DNA of 55,445 nt, the filler included, from Streblomastix strix (lineage: Eukaryota), in the NCBI GenBank assembly GCA_008636045.1. It is 2 parts of 2 records of this genome, joined end to end, with 100 filler letters (N's around TTAATTAATTAA, not from the genome) between each part and the next. Parts side by side here need not be neighbours in the genome. Positions count along the whole stretch, not along the records: positions 27,776 to 55,445 come from SNRW01000140.1; 1 more part is not named here. One strand, given 5' to 3'. The notes below the pieces were generated by a model. That model was not told where the DNA came from and did no database searches. It saw only the letters and a list, made by a program, of their open reading frames with translations. Every line of letters starts with the position of its first letter. The first letter of the stretch is position 1. This document shows positions 53,461 to 55,445 of this stretch, in pieces. The translations under genes and the position numbers were made by a program.

Positions 53461-55445
53461 TATTTAGTAAAAATAATATCGAAATAAAATTTTTTTTAAC
53501 ATTCGATTGAACATAATGATATTATTAGTATTAATTATTTTAAGTAAAAATGTTCTAAATATTAATATAAAATTTATAAATTTATTTGATATTCCTAATA
53601 CAATTTTTCGTGATATTTAATATGAATTAACTTAAATATATTATTAAATTATAATATTGTAGTTAATTTGGGTTTATTAAAGGAAAAATACCATGCATCA
53701 ATCAATGTCCTACGAACTGATGAAAGGACTTTTGCGATATACCAATAAATAAATTATCAAGATTAAATATTCAAACAATGTTTCAAATAAACATACTGTC
53801 AATCCAAGCCCGTTGTACCCAATTATCGAAATGTAATACAGAAAGAACATTATAAATACCATAACATTTTAAGTAAGCATTTTGAGCGCATCAGGAATGT
53901 TCTCGTAGCGCGAGTTACAATCACTGCCTTTTATAATTATTAACGATTGGAAACACAATTAGTACTATCATTAAGAATCTAAATACTCCCTAATTAGTAT
54001 AATAGAAAATGTATGAAATAAAATTAAAATGTTTAAATTTAAAAATTATAAAATTAAAAAATTGAACATGAATGAAATATTTATAACCTCAGATCCTATT
54101 ACCATCAATGGAGGAAGATCATGCTTCTTCAAATATTTCTCTTCAAATATCATCTATTTAATTAATTAAATGAAATATTAATAACATAAATTAATAAAAA
54201 TAATTTTAAATATGAATAATAATTTTACTTTTTTATAAAGCTATAGTATGAGTCACGATGGATGAAATATTGATTTTATATTTAACTTTTTTTCCGATCA
54301 ATTTACTTGTTTAAGAAATCTGCCTTGCAAGAACTGTCTCGACCATGTGAGAATGATCTGTGAGCTCTCGAGAAAATCTGAGAGTTTATATCAGTTATAA
54401 TTATTCTACTTTTAATAAAATCAATCAATTAAAGTTGCCATTCAGTATTTTCAACTTTTCTAAAAATCACAATTTGTAGTTTTTTGCGAACATCAAAATT
54501 TTTTACACGATCAATAAAAATTTAAAAAAAATCTGAAATTTTTTCTATCAATAAACAATTATTTTATTTTTTGAGTTAATAATGATTATCATATAGACAA
54601 ATTATATATTTTATTCTTAAACTGCGTCGTTATTATTGATTTTTAGTCTGAATTATTAGTGTTTTAAAAAAAGTTGGTTTTTAATTAGATTTAGATGAAA
54701 TATGAAAAAATATTTTAAAAATAAGAAATGAATTAAGTAAATATTTGAAAATTAAAGAAAATAATAAAAACATAATAGAATTTTAAAAATATTATTAAAG
54801 TTATCTAATTTTAAATTTTAAATTTTAAGAAAAATTATTTATATTGTGCGAAAATTTTCAATATTTTATTAATAAGATAAATATATTAAAAATTTACTTG
54901 CTATTAAGGAATAATTTATAAAAAATTAATTACATTAAAGAAATTGAGAAAGACAGATTTGCGATTGTCAATCGCTACTATTGAATTTATCCTACATAAA
55001 AAAAGTTGTTTGACGTTAAAAATAGTGCAACTAAATAATCAATAAACTTTTTTAAAATTTTGAAATAATTGAATATAAAGTGTTTTATTTGTTTATATTA
55101 AAATTGGAGATATTTTACTGAGAACTTGTATTTTTTTTTAATTAATTTGGGGTTTGAATCTTTTTTATTTTTTTCATCCTATTCAGTAAATAAGGCTCGC
55201 TTAGTCTTTCCTTCAATGTTGTTTAAACTAAGATATTGCATTTGATTGGAAATTGAATAAGAACGGGTGTTTCTGATTCCTTCTGTTCGGATATATCGAA
55301 TAAAGGTTAGTTCATTCTTTTATCCCATTTAATTCCAGTTTTTTAAAATATCTTCTAAATCATTTATTTCATTGATATCATTTTTTAAACTCTCTTTTCT
55401 TATTTTTCTTTTCAATACTCCAAAAAATTAGTCACATGTTGACTT

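Noticed and set aside
53460..55445. AT-rich tail with weak inverted similarities
   Set aside because: No convincing TIR pair, TSD or ORF could be established by eye.

Overview
This is very AT-rich eukaryotic DNA that uses TAA/TAG = Gln, with TGA as the only stop. The supplied ORF track therefore misses almost every gene. The code, the short GT-AG introns and the Gln-rich proteins fit an oxymonad such as Streblomastix, but that is inference; ciliates and hexamitids share the code. An artificial spacer (N44-TTAATTAATTAA-N44, 27676-27775) joins two probably unrelated contigs. Contig A (1-27675) holds a decayed endogenous Polinton/Maverick-like virus of about 23 kb. It encodes an SF3 helicase, two phage-like fibre genes, an amphipathic small protein, putative major and minor capsid proteins, KilA-N, an A32-like packaging ATPase, protein-primed PolB and a retroviral-like integrase. 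A Helitron 3' remnant interrupted by a hAT element with a perfect 8-bp TSD follows it. Contig B holds a giant host USP deubiquitinase gene (over 5,500 codons, minus strand), the left part of a second related Polinton, and hAT transposase remnants. The most notable structure is a 90-170 bp iteron-containing repeat. It occurs six times in strictly alternating orientation between gene modules of the contig A virus. A diverged inverted pair exactly brackets the primase-helicase gene on contig B, where that gene is flipped relative to the same neighbouring genes. This suggests inverted-repeat-bounded, possibly invertible gene cassettes (inference). Coordinates of decayed genes are approximate.
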